This document shows positions 36,837 to 46,547 of a stretch of DNA of 64,000 nt, piece by piece (position 1 is the first letter of the stretch; every line of letters begins with the position of its first letter). Source of the stretch: Clostridia bacterium. GTDB lineage: Bacteria; Bacillota; Clostridia; Oscillospirales; CAG-272. The stretch covers positions 1,874 through 65,873 of the forward strand of contig JAFQDC010000072.1 of NCBI GenBank assembly GCA_017416205.1, in the 5' to 3' direction. The notes under the pieces are model-generated. The model was not told the origin of the DNA. It saw only the letters and a program-made list of their open reading frames with translations, and searched no databases. Position numbers and translations under genes: made by a program.

Positions 36837-37625
36837 ATGAGATTTGATATAATGACCCTGTTTCCCGACCTTGTGAAAACGGTGCTTTCCGAAAGCATCA
36901 TAGGCAGGGCCGAGAAGGCGGGGCATCTTGAGATAAATGCATATAATATCCGCGAGTATTCCGAGGATAAGCATAGAAGGGTGGACGATACTCCCTGCGG
37001 CGGCGGAATGGGTATGCTTATGTCTCCCCCTCCCATTTATAATTGCTATACGGCGGTAACTGAAGACGTCAAGGAGGGCGAGCGGGTAAAAACAGTTTAT
37101 ATGTCCCCCCGCGGAACTGTGCTCAACGAAGGAGTGGCAAAGAGGATAGCGTCGGAGTGTGACCGCCTTATTATCCTTTGCGGCCACTACGAGGGAGTTG
37201 ACCAGAGAATAATCGATGAGATAATCGACGAGGAGATATCCATAGGAGATTACGTTCTCACAGGCGGTGAGATACCTGCCTGCATCCTTGTTGACTGCGT
37301 GTCAAGGCTTTGCGAGGGTGTTCTTTCCGAGGCAGAATGTCACGAGGTTGAGAGCTTTGAGGACGATCTTTTAGAGTATCCTCAGTATACCCGCCCCATT
37401 GAATTTATGGGAAGGCGGGTCCCCGATATCCTGCTTTCCGGCCATCACGCAAATATTGCCGCATGGAGGCTTGAGCGGGCAGAGGAGATAACGAGAGAGC
37501 GCCGCCCCGATCTTTATGCGCGTTATGCCGAGAGAAAGGCTGCAAGGGAAGCTGAGAAGGCGGCAAAAAAGAGAAGAAGAAAGAAAAAAACGTCCGAAGC
37601 TGAGGGGGGTAAAAATAATGAATAA
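36837..37625 (+). CDS. trmD: tRNA (guanine37-N1)-methyltransferase TrmD with a Lys/Arg/Ala-rich C-terminal tail
   Basis: MRFDIMTLFPD, DDTPCGGGMGM, LICGHYEGVDQR, GDYVLTGGE. Confidence 0.97.
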   Translation: MRFDIMTLFPDLVKTVLSESIIGRAEKAGHLEINAYNIREYSEDKHRRVDDTPCGGGMGMLMSPPPIYNCYTAVTEDVKEGERVKTVYMSPRGTVLNEGVAKRIASECDRLIILCGHYEGVDQRIIDEIIDEEISIGDYVLTGGEIPACILVDCVSRLCEGVLSEAECHEVESFEDDLLEYPQYTRPIEFMGRRVPDILLSGHHANIAAWRLERAEEITRERRPDLYARYAERKAAREAEKAAKKRRRKKKTSEAEGGKNNE

Positions 37626-37788
37626 AGGTGTAAAGATCTTAATAACTATAGTTGTTGTCATTCTGATGTGGGCAATGGTTATCGGAGTTGTGCTGTTTCT
37701 TGATGAAAAAAGAAGCACCTGCAAGGACGGACCGCCCCCGAGAGGCGAGCAGCTTGAAGAGCATTGGAACACAGAAACAAAAGACTAA
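37618..37788 (+). CDS. Small single-pass membrane protein (56 aa)
   Basis: ATG at 37618 with SD gagggggg. One TM helix. Overlaps the trmD stop by 8 nt. Confidence 0.4.
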   Translation: MNKGVKILITIVVVILMWAMVIGVVLFLDEKRSTCKDGPPPRGEQLEEHWNTETKD

Positions 37789-37800
37789 GGAGGAAAAGCA

Positions 37801-38619
37801 ATGCTTTGTGAAACCGTTTATTTGAGAGAAGACGATAAGGATATCCGTCTTGAGACCTATATTTCCAAAAAAGAGGGAGATATGTCCTGGGTAGGCCCCA
37901 GAGACTGTATGCTGGTCCTTCCCGGCGGAGCTTACAGCTTCCTTGCAGAGCGCGAGGCTGAGCCTGCGGCTAAGGCATTTCTTGCTGAGGGCTTCAACTG
38001 CTTTGTCCTCTATTATTCCATAGGCGAAAAGGCAAAGTTCCCCCGCCCCTTGCAGGACGTTTCTCTTGCTATAGCTCATATAAAGAGAAATGCCGAGAAG
38101 TATAATATCAATCCCGACAGGATCTTCGTTTGCGGCTTCTCCGCAGGCGGCCATCTCGCGGCGTCAACGGGCGTTTTCTGGAACGATCCCGAGGCGGCGT
38201 TTCAGGGAATGGAGCCCGGTGAGAACAAGCCCGCAGGCGTGGTCATCAGCTACGGCGTTGCGACCCTCGGCGAGTATACCCATTTCGAGACCTGCCAAAA
38301 CGTAACAGGTAACCGTGAGCCCTCATGGGAGGAGCGCGACCGCTGGTCTCCCGACAAGCACGTAGGCCCCGATACCGTGCCCGTGTTCCTGTGGCACACC
38401 CAGACAGACAACTGCGTTGATATCAGAAACGCGGCTATAATGACGAACGCCCTTATTTTTGCGGGAGTTCCTACAGAATCCCATATCTATCCCCACGGCC
38501 CTCACGGCCTCAGCGCAATGAGAGCGGAAACAGGATACGTTGAGGCTTCCTGCCCCGATATCGACCCTCATATTGCTTACTGGGTAAAGAACTGCACAAG
38601 CTGGACTAAGAAGGTATAA
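37801..38619 (+). CDS. Alpha/beta-hydrolase esterase, paralog 1
   Basis: GxSxG nucleophile elbow GFSAGGHLA, LPGGAY oxyanion region, C-terminal D and H (HGPHGL). Confidence 0.85.
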   Translation: MLCETVYLREDDKDIRLETYISKKEGDMSWVGPRDCMLVLPGGAYSFLAEREAEPAAKAFLAEGFNCFVLYYSIGEKAKFPRPLQDVSLAIAHIKRNAEKYNINPDRIFVCGFSAGGHLAASTGVFWNDPEAAFQGMEPGENKPAGVVISYGVATLGEYTHFETCQNVTGNREPSWEERDRWSPDKHVGPDTVPVFLWHTQTDNCVDIRNAAIMTNALIFAGVPTESHIYPHGPHGLSAMRAETGYVEASCPDIDPHIAYWVKNCTSWTKKV

Positions 38620-38628
38620 CCCTTAAAT

Positions 38629-38712
38629 GTCATCCTGAGCGGAGAAAACATCATAGTATGATGTTTTCGAAGTCGAACCCGACCATAGGGAGGGCGCGAA
38701 GCGGGAGCTACG
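38629..38712 (+). repeat. 84-nt left inverted repeat of the GIY-YIG cassette
   Basis: gtcatcctgagcggag-[aaaacatcat agt atgatgtttt]-cgaagtcgaacccgaccatagggagggcgcgaagcgggagctacg. Confidence 0.85.
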
Positions 38713-38734
38713 ATATTTGATAGATATAACAGTT

Positions 38735-39706
38735 ATGTATTATACCTACATTTTATCAAGTAACAATAATTTTTCGGTTTATATAGGCGTTACACGAGAT
38801 TTAAAACGCAGACTGAATGAACACAAAAGCGGGAAGACTCCCGGATTTACAAAACAATATCACGTACATAAGCTCGTATATTATGAGCAGTATAAAGATA
38901 TTTCAAGAGCAATTGCGAGAGAAAAGCAATTAAAGGGTTGGGCAAGAGCCCAAAAAGACCGTTTGATAGAAGCTGTAAATCCTGAATGGATTGATCTCAG
39001 CATTCAATCGTTTTCAACTGTGCAAGATGCGGAGAAATGTGTTATTGTGTTCGATCTTGGCGGAACACTTATGCATTATGTCGATATGCCGCATTCTTGG
39101 GCCGAATACTATCATCAAGGTTTCGAAGAAATAAACAAGGTATACAAATGCAATGTTTCTAGCGATGATATCGAGATGTCTGTTGAAAAGCTAAGACAAT
39201 TCAATCCACGATTGCATTACAGAGAAATTGAATATTCTCCGGAATACATTTTTGAAAAAGTATTGAATCATTGGAATTATTCATTTAATATAAAAGAGTG
39301 TATTGAGACTTTTTATAACGGATTGAATTTAAAAGCACAAATATATCCTGATGTGATTGAAACACTAATGAGTTTAAAATCTAAGGGGTATATTATTGCG
39401 GCTTTTTCCGATCTGCCTGTTGCTATGACAGAAGAGTATTTCAAGAAAGATATTATTCCGTTGCTTGATTTGTTTGATTCGTTTGAAACTTCGATAAGCA
39501 GCGGATTTAGAAAGCCGAACAGTAAAGCACTTGAAATGATAGCGCAAAGATATGGCGTTTCGTTGCAGCAATTGGTTTTTGTCGGCGATGAGGAGAAGGA
39601 CAGAAAAACTGCTGAAAATGCAGGATGTGAGTTTATTAAGATTTCAAGACATTCAGATGATGTTGACGGAATTCGGGATTTGAGCGAGCTTTTTAGGGTT
39701 CTATGA
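38735..39706 (+). CDS. GIY-YIG nuclease-domain protein fused to a HAD-superfamily hydrolase domain
   Basis: N-terminal YTYIL...VYIGVT..L..RL..H, an UPF0213-type GIY-YIG domain. C-terminal HAD motifs FDLGGTL, FSD (motif II-like) and VFVGDEEKD. Confidence 0.75.
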   Translation: MYYTYILSSNNNFSVYIGVTRDLKRRLNEHKSGKTPGFTKQYHVHKLVYYEQYKDISRAIAREKQLKGWARAQKDRLIEAVNPEWIDLSIQSFSTVQDAEKCVIVFDLGGTLMHYVDMPHSWAEYYHQGFEEINKVYKCNVSSDDIEMSVEKLRQFNPRLHYREIEYSPEYIFEKVLNHWNYSFNIKECIETFYNGLNLKAQIYPDVIETLMSLKSKGYIIAAFSDLPVAMTEEYFKKDIIPLLDLFDSFETSISSGFRKPNSKALEMIAQRYGVSLQQLVFVGDEEKDRKTAENAGCEFIKISRHSDDVDGIRDLSELFRVL

Positions 39707-39711
39707 TTTTT

Positions 39712-39795
39712 CGTAGATCCCGCTTCGCGCCCTCCTTATGGTCGGGTTCGACTTCGCAAACACCGCACTGTGGTGTTTGCTCCGCTCAGGATGAC
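39712..39795 (-). repeat. 84-nt right inverted repeat of the GIY-YIG cassette
   Basis: Reverse complement reads gtcatcctgagcggag-[caaacacc acagtgc ggtgtttg]-cgaagtcgaacccgaccataaggagggcgcgaagcgggatctacg. Confidence 0.85.
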
Positions 39796-39809
39796 AGAAA
39801 GAGGAATGC

Positions 39810-40613
39810 ATGCTTTGTAAAACTATTTACCTAAGAGACGACGATGACAGCGTCTACCTCAAGACCTACGTAAGAGACGAGTACCAGAAATCCCAAAAGC
39901 GCGACTGTATGCTCATCCTCCCCGGCGGAGGATACAGCTTTTGCGCCCTCCATGAGGACGAGCCCGTTGCAAACAGCTTTTTGTACCGCGGATATAACTG
40001 CTTCACTCTTTACTACACCGTAGGGGAGAGGGCAAGCCTTGAGCGCTCCTTGCAGGACGTGTCTCTTGCAATTGCTCACATAAAGAAAAATGCAGAGGAA
40101 TATAATATAGACCCCGATAGGATCTTTGTCCTCGGCTTTTCCGCAGGAGGACATCTGGCGGCATCCATCGGCACTCTTTGGCACCGTCCCGTTGCCGCAT
40201 TTGAGGGAATGGAGTACGGCGAAAACCGCCCTGCGGGAATGGTGATATGCTACGGCGCCTGCACTCTCGGTGAGTATTCCCACGAGCTGAGCCGAAATTT
40301 TGTGTTCGGCAAGGATAAGCTGACAGAGGAGGAGATAGATCTCTATTCTCCCGACAGAAACGTAACGGATAAGACCTGCCCTGCCTTCTTGTGGCATACG
40401 GCAAACGACGAGGTAGTGGACGCCCGCAATGCTCTCGTTATGGCAAATGCCCTTATATCGGCAGGTGTGCCCACGGAGCTTCACATATATCCCTTCGGCC
40501 CCCACGGACTTTCCGTCTGTACGGACGGAGTATCCTTCGGACAGGGATACAGTGAATATATCCACCTTTCCAACTGGGTCCGTGACTGCTGTGAATTTTT
40601 GAAAATAATTTAA
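39810..40613 (+). CDS. Alpha/beta-hydrolase esterase, paralog 2
   Basis: Collinear with 37801-38619 (MLCKTIYLRDDD.., GFSAGGHLA, FGPHGL). Confidence 0.85.
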   Translation: MLCKTIYLRDDDDSVYLKTYVRDEYQKSQKRDCMLILPGGGYSFCALHEDEPVANSFLYRGYNCFTLYYTVGERASLERSLQDVSLAIAHIKKNAEEYNIDPDRIFVLGFSAGGHLAASIGTLWHRPVAAFEGMEYGENRPAGMVICYGACTLGEYSHELSRNFVFGKDKLTEEEIDLYSPDRNVTDKTCPAFLWHTANDEVVDARNALVMANALISAGVPTELHIYPFGPHGLSVCTDGVSFGQGYSEYIHLSNWVRDCCEFLKII

Positions 40614-40776
40614 ATCAGGAGATGGCGTGAAACTAAGAGACTGAAAAGTTAAGCTTCACCTTTTTCACGCACAAACTCTCCCTAAAAATGGGACCCAACC
40701 CATTTTTGTTCCTGCGGAACACGGTCGAGTTTCAACAATATTTGTGCCGCCGCTTGGCGGCAGATTGGAGATAAAA

Positions 40777-42141
40777 ATGAGCTTTAAGAAAGACTTTATG
40801 TGGGGCGTGGCAAGCGCCGCATATCAGATCGAGGGTGCCGCATTTGAGGACGGCAAGGGCCCTTCCATCTGGGATGAGTATTCCCATATTCCGGGAAAGA
40901 TAAAGGAAGAGCACAACGGCGACGTTGCCTGCGACCATTATCACAGATATAAAGAGGATGTTGCTCTTATGTCAGAGCTTGGAGAGGGATTTGTATACCG
41001 CTTCTCCATTTCCTGGGCGCGTGTCCTTCCTGACGGCATCGGCGAGGTAAACCAGAAGGGTATTGATTTTTATAATAACCTTATTGACGAGCTCCTTTCA
41101 AAGAATATCACTCCCTGTATCGTTCTTTTCCATTGGGATTATCCTCTCGCTCTTTATAAGAAGGGCGGATGGCTCAACAAGGAATCAAGCGAGTGGTTCA
41201 GATACTATACGGAGGTTTGCGCCAAGGCATTCGGTGACCGCTGTAAGATGTGGATGACCTTCAACGAGCCTCAGTGCTTCCTTGGCGAGGGACACAAGAA
41301 CGGAAGCACTGCTCCCGGAATCAAGATGTCAACAGGTGACGTTATCCGTATGGGTCACAATATGCTTCTTTCCCACGGTAAGGCCGTAATGGAGATAAGA
41401 AAGCACGTTAAGGATTCTATAGTAGGCTATGCTCCCTCCTGCGACGTTTGCGCACCTGCTACAGACAGCCCCGAGGATATCGAGGCGGCGAGGGCACGCT
41501 ATTTCTCCTTTGACGAGGAATGGTGGATGTGGTCCGTTTCCCTTTGGTCAGACCCTGTAATGCTCGGTCACTACCCCGAGGATGATCCTATCTTCCAGAG
41601 AAAGTTCAAGGGCGAGCTTCCCGAGGGCTATGAGGAGGATATGAAGGTCATCTGCCAGCCTCTTGATTTCTACGGACAGAATATCTATACCGCATCTCAT
41701 TGGAGATCTGACGGAGAGGGCGGCGCTCTCTGGACCCGTCTTCCCACGGGAACTGCAAAGTCCACCAACAACTGGCCCCTCACTCCCGAGGCGCTTTACT
41801 GGGGACCCAAGTTCCTTTACGAGAGATATAAGACTCCTATCGTTATTACCGAAAACGGTATGGCCTGCCACGACTGGATAAGCGTTGACGGAAAGGTCCA
41901 CGACCCCAACCGTATAGATTACATAACCCGTTACCTGAGAGCTCTCAGAAAAGCATCGGAGGAGGGCGCAGATATCAGAGGATACTGGTACTGGGCGCTT
42001 CTTGATAACTTTGAGTGGGGCGACGGATATACACAGCACTTCGGTCTTGTTTATATGAATTACGAGACTCTTGAAAGAACGAAGAAGGATTCCTTTGATT
42101 TCTTCAAGGAAGTTATCGCAACGAATGGCGAGAACATCTAA
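40777..42141 (+). CDS. Glycoside hydrolase family 1 beta-glucosidase
   Basis: FMWGVASAAYQIEGA, acid/base TFNEP, nucleophile ITENG. Confidence 0.93.
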   Translation: MSFKKDFMWGVASAAYQIEGAAFEDGKGPSIWDEYSHIPGKIKEEHNGDVACDHYHRYKEDVALMSELGEGFVYRFSISWARVLPDGIGEVNQKGIDFYNNLIDELLSKNITPCIVLFHWDYPLALYKKGGWLNKESSEWFRYYTEVCAKAFGDRCKMWMTFNEPQCFLGEGHKNGSTAPGIKMSTGDVIRMGHNMLLSHGKAVMEIRKHVKDSIVGYAPSCDVCAPATDSPEDIEAARARYFSFDEEWWMWSVSLWSDPVMLGHYPEDDPIFQRKFKGELPEGYEEDMKVICQPLDFYGQNIYTASHWRSDGEGGALWTRLPTGTAKSTNNWPLTPEALYWGPKFLYERYKTPIVITENGMACHDWISVDGKVHDPNRIDYITRYLRALRKASEEGADIRGYWYWALLDNFEWGDGYTQHFGLVYMNYETLERTKKDSFDFFKEVIATNGENI

Positions 42142-42154
42142 AAAGGGAGATAAG

Positions 42155-42601
42155 ATGGGGATTGCTATATTTTCTAAAGCATTAGATATGCTTAAAAGTG
42201 TGGCGGATTTGTGCAAAAAGGTAATTGATGCAGGAGATCCAGAAAAATATGCCAAAAGTGTTAATGATCTTTCGGACGGTTTGAGTTCTACTTATGATTC
42301 AATGCGAGAGATTATTATGAAAAGTGATAAGTTTAGCGAAGAGGAAAAGCTTCAACGGTTAAAGGAACTCGCGGCACAGGAAGAAGAAACTAAGAGAAAG
42401 TGCGGTGAAGCCATTAAAGATAATCGAGATAATATTGCAAAGATTGTTATTGAGGTTCTTAAGGGTTTTATGACTTGCGGACTGTCTTTTGCACCTGGAA
42501 TTATTCAAAAATTCAGAGAAGGTAACGTTGACCTTGAGAATATTGTTGAGGTTGAATCTCCCGAATTGGCTGAAGAAACTGAAGCGCAAATACAAGAGTA
42601 A
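42155..42601 (+). CDS. Hypothetical helical protein (148 aa)
   Basis: AT-rich ORF with SD aagggaga. No motif recognised. Confidence 0.5.
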   Translation: MGIAIFSKALDMLKSVADLCKKVIDAGDPEKYAKSVNDLSDGLSSTYDSMREIIMKSDKFSEEEKLQRLKELAAQEEETKRKCGEAIKDNRDNIAKIVIEVLKGFMTCGLSFAPGIIQKFREGNVDLENIVEVESPELAEETEAQIQE

Positions 42602-42615
42602 CTTACTGGCATTGC

Positions 42616-42655
42616 AAAAAGATATGCGAATGAAGAGTGTTCGCATATCTTTTTT
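42616..42655 (+). terminator. Rho-independent terminator
   Basis: aaaaagatatgcgaa-tgaagagtg-ttcgcatatcttttt. Confidence 0.8.
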
Positions 42656-42762
42656 CTTTTTTGATATGATAAAAATGTTGCAGAGATCATAATGCGACGC
42701 ACATATATATGTGAAATGTACGATGTTTGGTTTGCAAATATATGGGTGATACTTAATACGAA

Positions 42763-42948
42763 TGTAGGGACCGACGTCCCCGACGGTCCTAACTACAGAC
42801 GCGACGCCTTGCAGAGAATATCGTTTCGTTATTAGGACCGTCGGGGACGTCGGTCCCTACAACTACGTGTATCATTGTCCTATCGTTTGTGTATAAAATT
42901 TCGTTTTGGTTCGTATGCAGATCTCGGACGTGCAATGCACGCCCCTAC
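42763..42948. repeat. GTAG-capped nested-hairpin element, copy C
   Basis: tgtagggaccgacgtccccgacggtcct...aggaccgtcggggacgtcggtccctaca (42763-42860), then a tail ending in cccctaca at 42948. Shares ccctacaactacgtgtatc with copy B. Confidence 0.75.
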
Positions 42949-43035
42949 AACTACGCAACTGCTATCTCTACGTCAAACCAATTTTTGACAGATAAAAGCA
43001 TCAGCTGTTTGGATGAAAAATAAAGAACAAACAAG

Positions 43036-43064
43036 TTGAAAAAGATATTGATATATGGTATAAT
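43036..43064 (+). promoter_or_regulatory. Sigma-A promoter of the sbcD-like operon
   Basis: TTGAAA, a 17-nt spacer, then TATAAT, 49 nt upstream of the GTG start. Confidence 0.6.
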
Positions 43065-43112
43065 TATTTATTAAAAATAATTTGCTTTCTACTTTTTGAA
43101 AGGAGTGCTCCT

Positions 43113-44222
43113 GTGAGAATACTTCATACGGGTGATATACATCTTGACAGCCCCTTTTCCGGTATGGACGTTGGAAAGGCTGAGAGCCGTCGCCGCGAGC
43201 TCAGAGAAACCTTTATAAGAATGATGCGCTATGCTGCTGACGAAAAATTGGATATGGTCATCATAGCAGGTGACCTTTTTGACGGCGCTTACGTGACTCG
43301 CGAAACCGTGGCATGCCTCATCCGCGAGTTTTCAAGGCTTTCCTGCCCTGTTATCATTGCCCCCGGCAATCACGACCCTGCAGACGAGCAGAGCGTGTGG
43401 CAGAAAACTGTTTTCCCCGAAAACGTACATATCTTCAAAAGCAATAAAACGGAGAAATTCTCCTTTGATGATCTTGAGTGCGACGTTTACGGCTACGGCT
43501 TTGTTTCGGCAAGAGAAACGAATTGTCTTCTTTGGGGAAGCGTTGAGGACGAAAGCAGAATAAATATTCTTGCAGTTCACGGAGATACGACCTCTCCCCT
43601 TTCAAGCAATGCCCCCCTTCCCGTAGCAGTTATTCGCTCATTTGGCGCAGACTATGCGGCCCTCGGGCATATTCACAATCCTGCCGCTGCAAATGCAACC
43701 CTTTCTGACGTGGGCGCTTATTGCGGATGCCCCGAGGGAAGAGATTTCGGAGAATGCGGCGAAAAGGGCGCTATCGTTGCCGAGATCACAAAGGATGGCA
43801 CTAAAAAGGAATTCGTCCGTTTTTCAAAAAGAGTTTATATTTGGGATACTCTTAATATCGACGCCTCCGGCGATATGGGTCAGATAATGTCCAAGGTTTC
43901 GGGATATATCGAGTCAAAGGGCTACGGAAATGAGGTGCTTTTAAGGCTTACCCTTACCGGAAGTGTTGAGCCCTCCCTTGTTATCAACACTGCCCATCTT
44001 TGCGAGGCGGCGGGCCCTCTTTTCCATCTTGAGGTGGAGGACGCTACCTCTCCTACGTGGAATGCTGATACACTTCTTTCCGATATGGGCATCAGAGGCG
44101 AGCTTTACCGCACTCTTCTTCCTGACCTTGAAAGTGCAGACCGTGAAAAGCGGGATCGGGCATCCCTTGCTCTTCGATACGCTCTTGCGGCTCTTTCCGG
44201 TGAAGATATTTCGGATATTTAA
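43113..44222 (+). CDS. SbcD/Mre11-like metallophosphoesterase (YhaO-type)
   Basis: ILHTGDIHLD, IIAGDLFD, GNHD and GHIH phosphoesterase motifs. Confidence 0.85.
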   Translation: MRILHTGDIHLDSPFSGMDVGKAESRRRELRETFIRMMRYAADEKLDMVIIAGDLFDGAYVTRETVACLIREFSRLSCPVIIAPGNHDPADEQSVWQKTVFPENVHIFKSNKTEKFSFDDLECDVYGYGFVSARETNCLLWGSVEDESRINILAVHGDTTSPLSSNAPLPVAVIRSFGADYAALGHIHNPAAANATLSDVGAYCGCPEGRDFGECGEKGAIVAEITKDGTKKEFVRFSKRVYIWDTLNIDASGDMGQIMSKVSGYIESKGYGNEVLLRLTLTGSVEPSLVINTAHLCEAAGPLFHLEVEDATSPTWNADTLLSDMGIRGELYRTLLPDLESADREKRDRASLALRYALAALSGEDISDI

Positions 44223-44231
44223 GGTGAAAAT

Positions 44232-46523
44232 ATGTATATAAGATCGGTATATATAGAATCCTTCGCGGCGCTGAAGGATAAAGAAATCGAGTTTTCCCAA
44301 GGGCTCAATATCATAGAGGGCTCCAATGAATCGGGAAAAAGCACTGTCTGTATGTTCATAAAGTTTATGCTTTACGGGCTTTCGGGCAGGACCTCTGACG
44401 GAGAAATGTCAGAGAGGCAGAAGTACGTCCCCTGGGATACGGGGCGTGCGGCCGGAAATATGGTCATCGTGTCCGGTGAGAATATTTATAAAATAGAGCG
44501 TGAGCTTACGGTATTTGACGATTCACAGCCCCGCGAGCGCCTTGAGGTAATAGATCTCTTAACAGGTGCAAAGGTGATGAAGGGTGAGGTGCCCGGAGTC
44601 GCTATTCTCGGTATTCCCGAGGGCCTTTTTGTGAACACGGTATTCGTCCGTCAGATAGGCGGCAGCCGTGTTGACGGCGAGGGAATGACTGAGGCTATTG
44701 AAAATATCCTTCTTTCGGGCGATGAGAACCTCAGCATCAAAAAGGCGGTGGACCGCCTTGAAAGGGGCCGCAAGGTCCTTATGCACAAAAGAGGAACAGG
44801 CGGAAAAATTCAGTCGGCTCTCCAGGAGGAAGCCCGTCTTGCATCAAAGCTTGAAGAGGCAAAGCAGGGAAATGCGGCAATGATCCAGTATGAAAACGAG
44901 TGTGCCCGTCTTGCCGCGCTTATTGAGACGAGAACACGGGAAAAGGAAGAAAACACAAGGCTGTACGAGGCTTATTGTGCAATAGAAAACGGACGTAAGG
45001 TACTTGAGGCAAGGGAACATCAGGAAAAGATAGATGATCTTTCCTTGGATCTTGCATCTCTTGAAAAATACGGCAATATTTCCGAAAAGGCGGGAAGGAT
45101 AAGCGCGCTGTCTGAACGCTTGTCTGCTGTGGAAAACAATCTCAAGGGACTGAGAAGATTTCTCGGTGACGCTCCCGACGCGAGGGACTCATTGACCGGG
45201 GAGGACAGGGCCCTTTTCGAAAAGGACGTAAATAAAGCAAAGAAAGCGAAGAAGGGGGCTATAGTCTCTATAGTTCTTGCAATAGCTTTTGCCGTTCTTA
45301 CAGCGGTCCTTTCAGTTCCCGGCGGTGTGCTGGATCTGCTGCTTTTGGTTTTGCTTTACGATAACACCGCAGATTCTCCGGTCGGTCTTTACGTGAAGAT
45401 CGGAGCTGTGGCTGTGCTGAGCCTGCTTGCAGTTGCTTTTATTGCTTTTGCTATTGTCAACAGGACAAAGCTTTCAAGGATTCTTAAAAAATATTCGGCT
45501 AAGAATATTCCCGACCTTGACGATATCGTTAAGGAAAAGATCGCCCGCGCTGCAGTTTATGAAAAGCTCAGCGATGAAAGAAAGAGCCGTGAGGCAGATA
45601 TCAGTGCCTGCGAAAGAGAAAGAGAGGGTGTTATCTCTTCTCTCAGAGAAGCGGCAAGGGTGTTTGTGGACGATGATATTAAAGACACGGATATTCTTGT
45701 GTCTGAGGCGCTGGACGTTGCACGGGATGCAATGAGAAAAAAAGAGGAGCTCACAGCTGCTCTCGGTATGGCAAAGGGCGAGATGCGCCTCTTTGCTGAC
45801 GTTCTCGGCGCCGATAACGGAGAGGCGGCTCTTCGCAGAATGAACGATGCTGTCAACACAGATGAAGGAAAGCGGGCCGAGGAGCTTGACCGTAAGAGCG
45901 CGGCTCTTGTGAAAAACAAAATGGCATTTGCGCAGAACTCTCTCCCTGCACTTCTCAGTCAGAAGGGCGAGGCGGATGCAACTCTTGCCCGCCTCAGGGC
46001 AAGTACAGAGGACTCCTCCGTTATTGCAACTCAGCTTGATTATACAAGACGCGAGATCGCACAAATGAAAAGAAGCCTTAACGCTATAGAGGCGGCAAAG
46101 AATGCGCTTGAAAAGGCGGGAGAAGGTCTCAAATCGTCTCTTATGCCCCGTATTGCAAAGGAAGCAGAGAAAAATCTCGGTGGCTTTACAGACGGGAAGT
46201 ACAGGAACCTTTCCCTTGGCTCGGATTTTTCTGTGGAGATGCTTCTTGACGGAAGAAGGAGAGAGATCTCTTATATGTCCGCAGGCACGGCGGACGCTGT
46301 GTATATCAGCCTGCGACTTGCTCTTGCAAAGGTGCTCTTTTCAGGCAATACTCCACCTCTCGTTTTCGACGAGAGCTTTGCAAGAGTTGATGAAAAGCGG
46401 CTTTCTGAAATGCTTTCCATGCTCTCTGCGGGAGAGGATCTCCAGTCTCTTGTATTTACCTGCCGCACCCTTGAGGGGGAGCTTTCAGAAAAGCTTGCGG
46501 CGAGCAATAAAATAACCCTGTAA
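44232..46523 (+). CDS. SbcC/Rad50-like AAA ATPase (YhaN-type) with two TM helices in the coiled-coil apex
   Basis: Walker A GSNESGKST, signature SAGTADAVYISLRLAL, Walker B LVFDESF, long coiled coils. Hydrophobic helices span aa 343-376 and 386-409. Confidence 0.8.
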   Translation: MYIRSVYIESFAALKDKEIEFSQGLNIIEGSNESGKSTVCMFIKFMLYGLSGRTSDGEMSERQKYVPWDTGRAAGNMVIVSGENIYKIERELTVFDDSQPRERLEVIDLLTGAKVMKGEVPGVAILGIPEGLFVNTVFVRQIGGSRVDGEGMTEAIENILLSGDENLSIKKAVDRLERGRKVLMHKRGTGGKIQSALQEEARLASKLEEAKQGNAAMIQYENECARLAALIETRTREKEENTRLYEAYCAIENGRKVLEAREHQEKIDDLSLDLASLEKYGNISEKAGRISALSERLSAVENNLKGLRRFLGDAPDARDSLTGEDRALFEKDVNKAKKAKKGAIVSIVLAIAFAVLTAVLSVPGGVLDLLLLVLLYDNTADSPVGLYVKIGAVAVLSLLAVAFIAFAIVNRTKLSRILKKYSAKNIPDLDDIVKEKIARAAVYEKLSDERKSREADISACEREREGVISSLREAARVFVDDDIKDTDILVSEALDVARDAMRKKEELTAALGMAKGEMRLFADVLGADNGEAALRRMNDAVNTDEGKRAEELDRKSAALVKNKMAFAQNSLPALLSQKGEADATLARLRASTEDSSVIATQLDYTRREIAQMKRSLNAIEAAKNALEKAGEGLKSSLMPRIAKEAEKNLGGFTDGKYRNLSLGSDFSVEMLLDGRRREISYMSAGTADAVYISLRLALAKVLFSGNTPPLVFDESFARVDEKRLSEMLSMLSAGEDLQSLVFTCRTLEGELSEKLAASNKITL

Positions 46524-46547
46524 ATGGGTGGAAGGGAAAAATAAAAT

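Noticed and set aside
39735-39760. tRNA-like gggttcgacttcg / gaagtcgaaccc strings in the GIY-YIG cassette repeats
   Set aside because: No acceptor, D-arm or anticodon-arm pairing can be built around them. They are part of the 84-nt inverted repeats.
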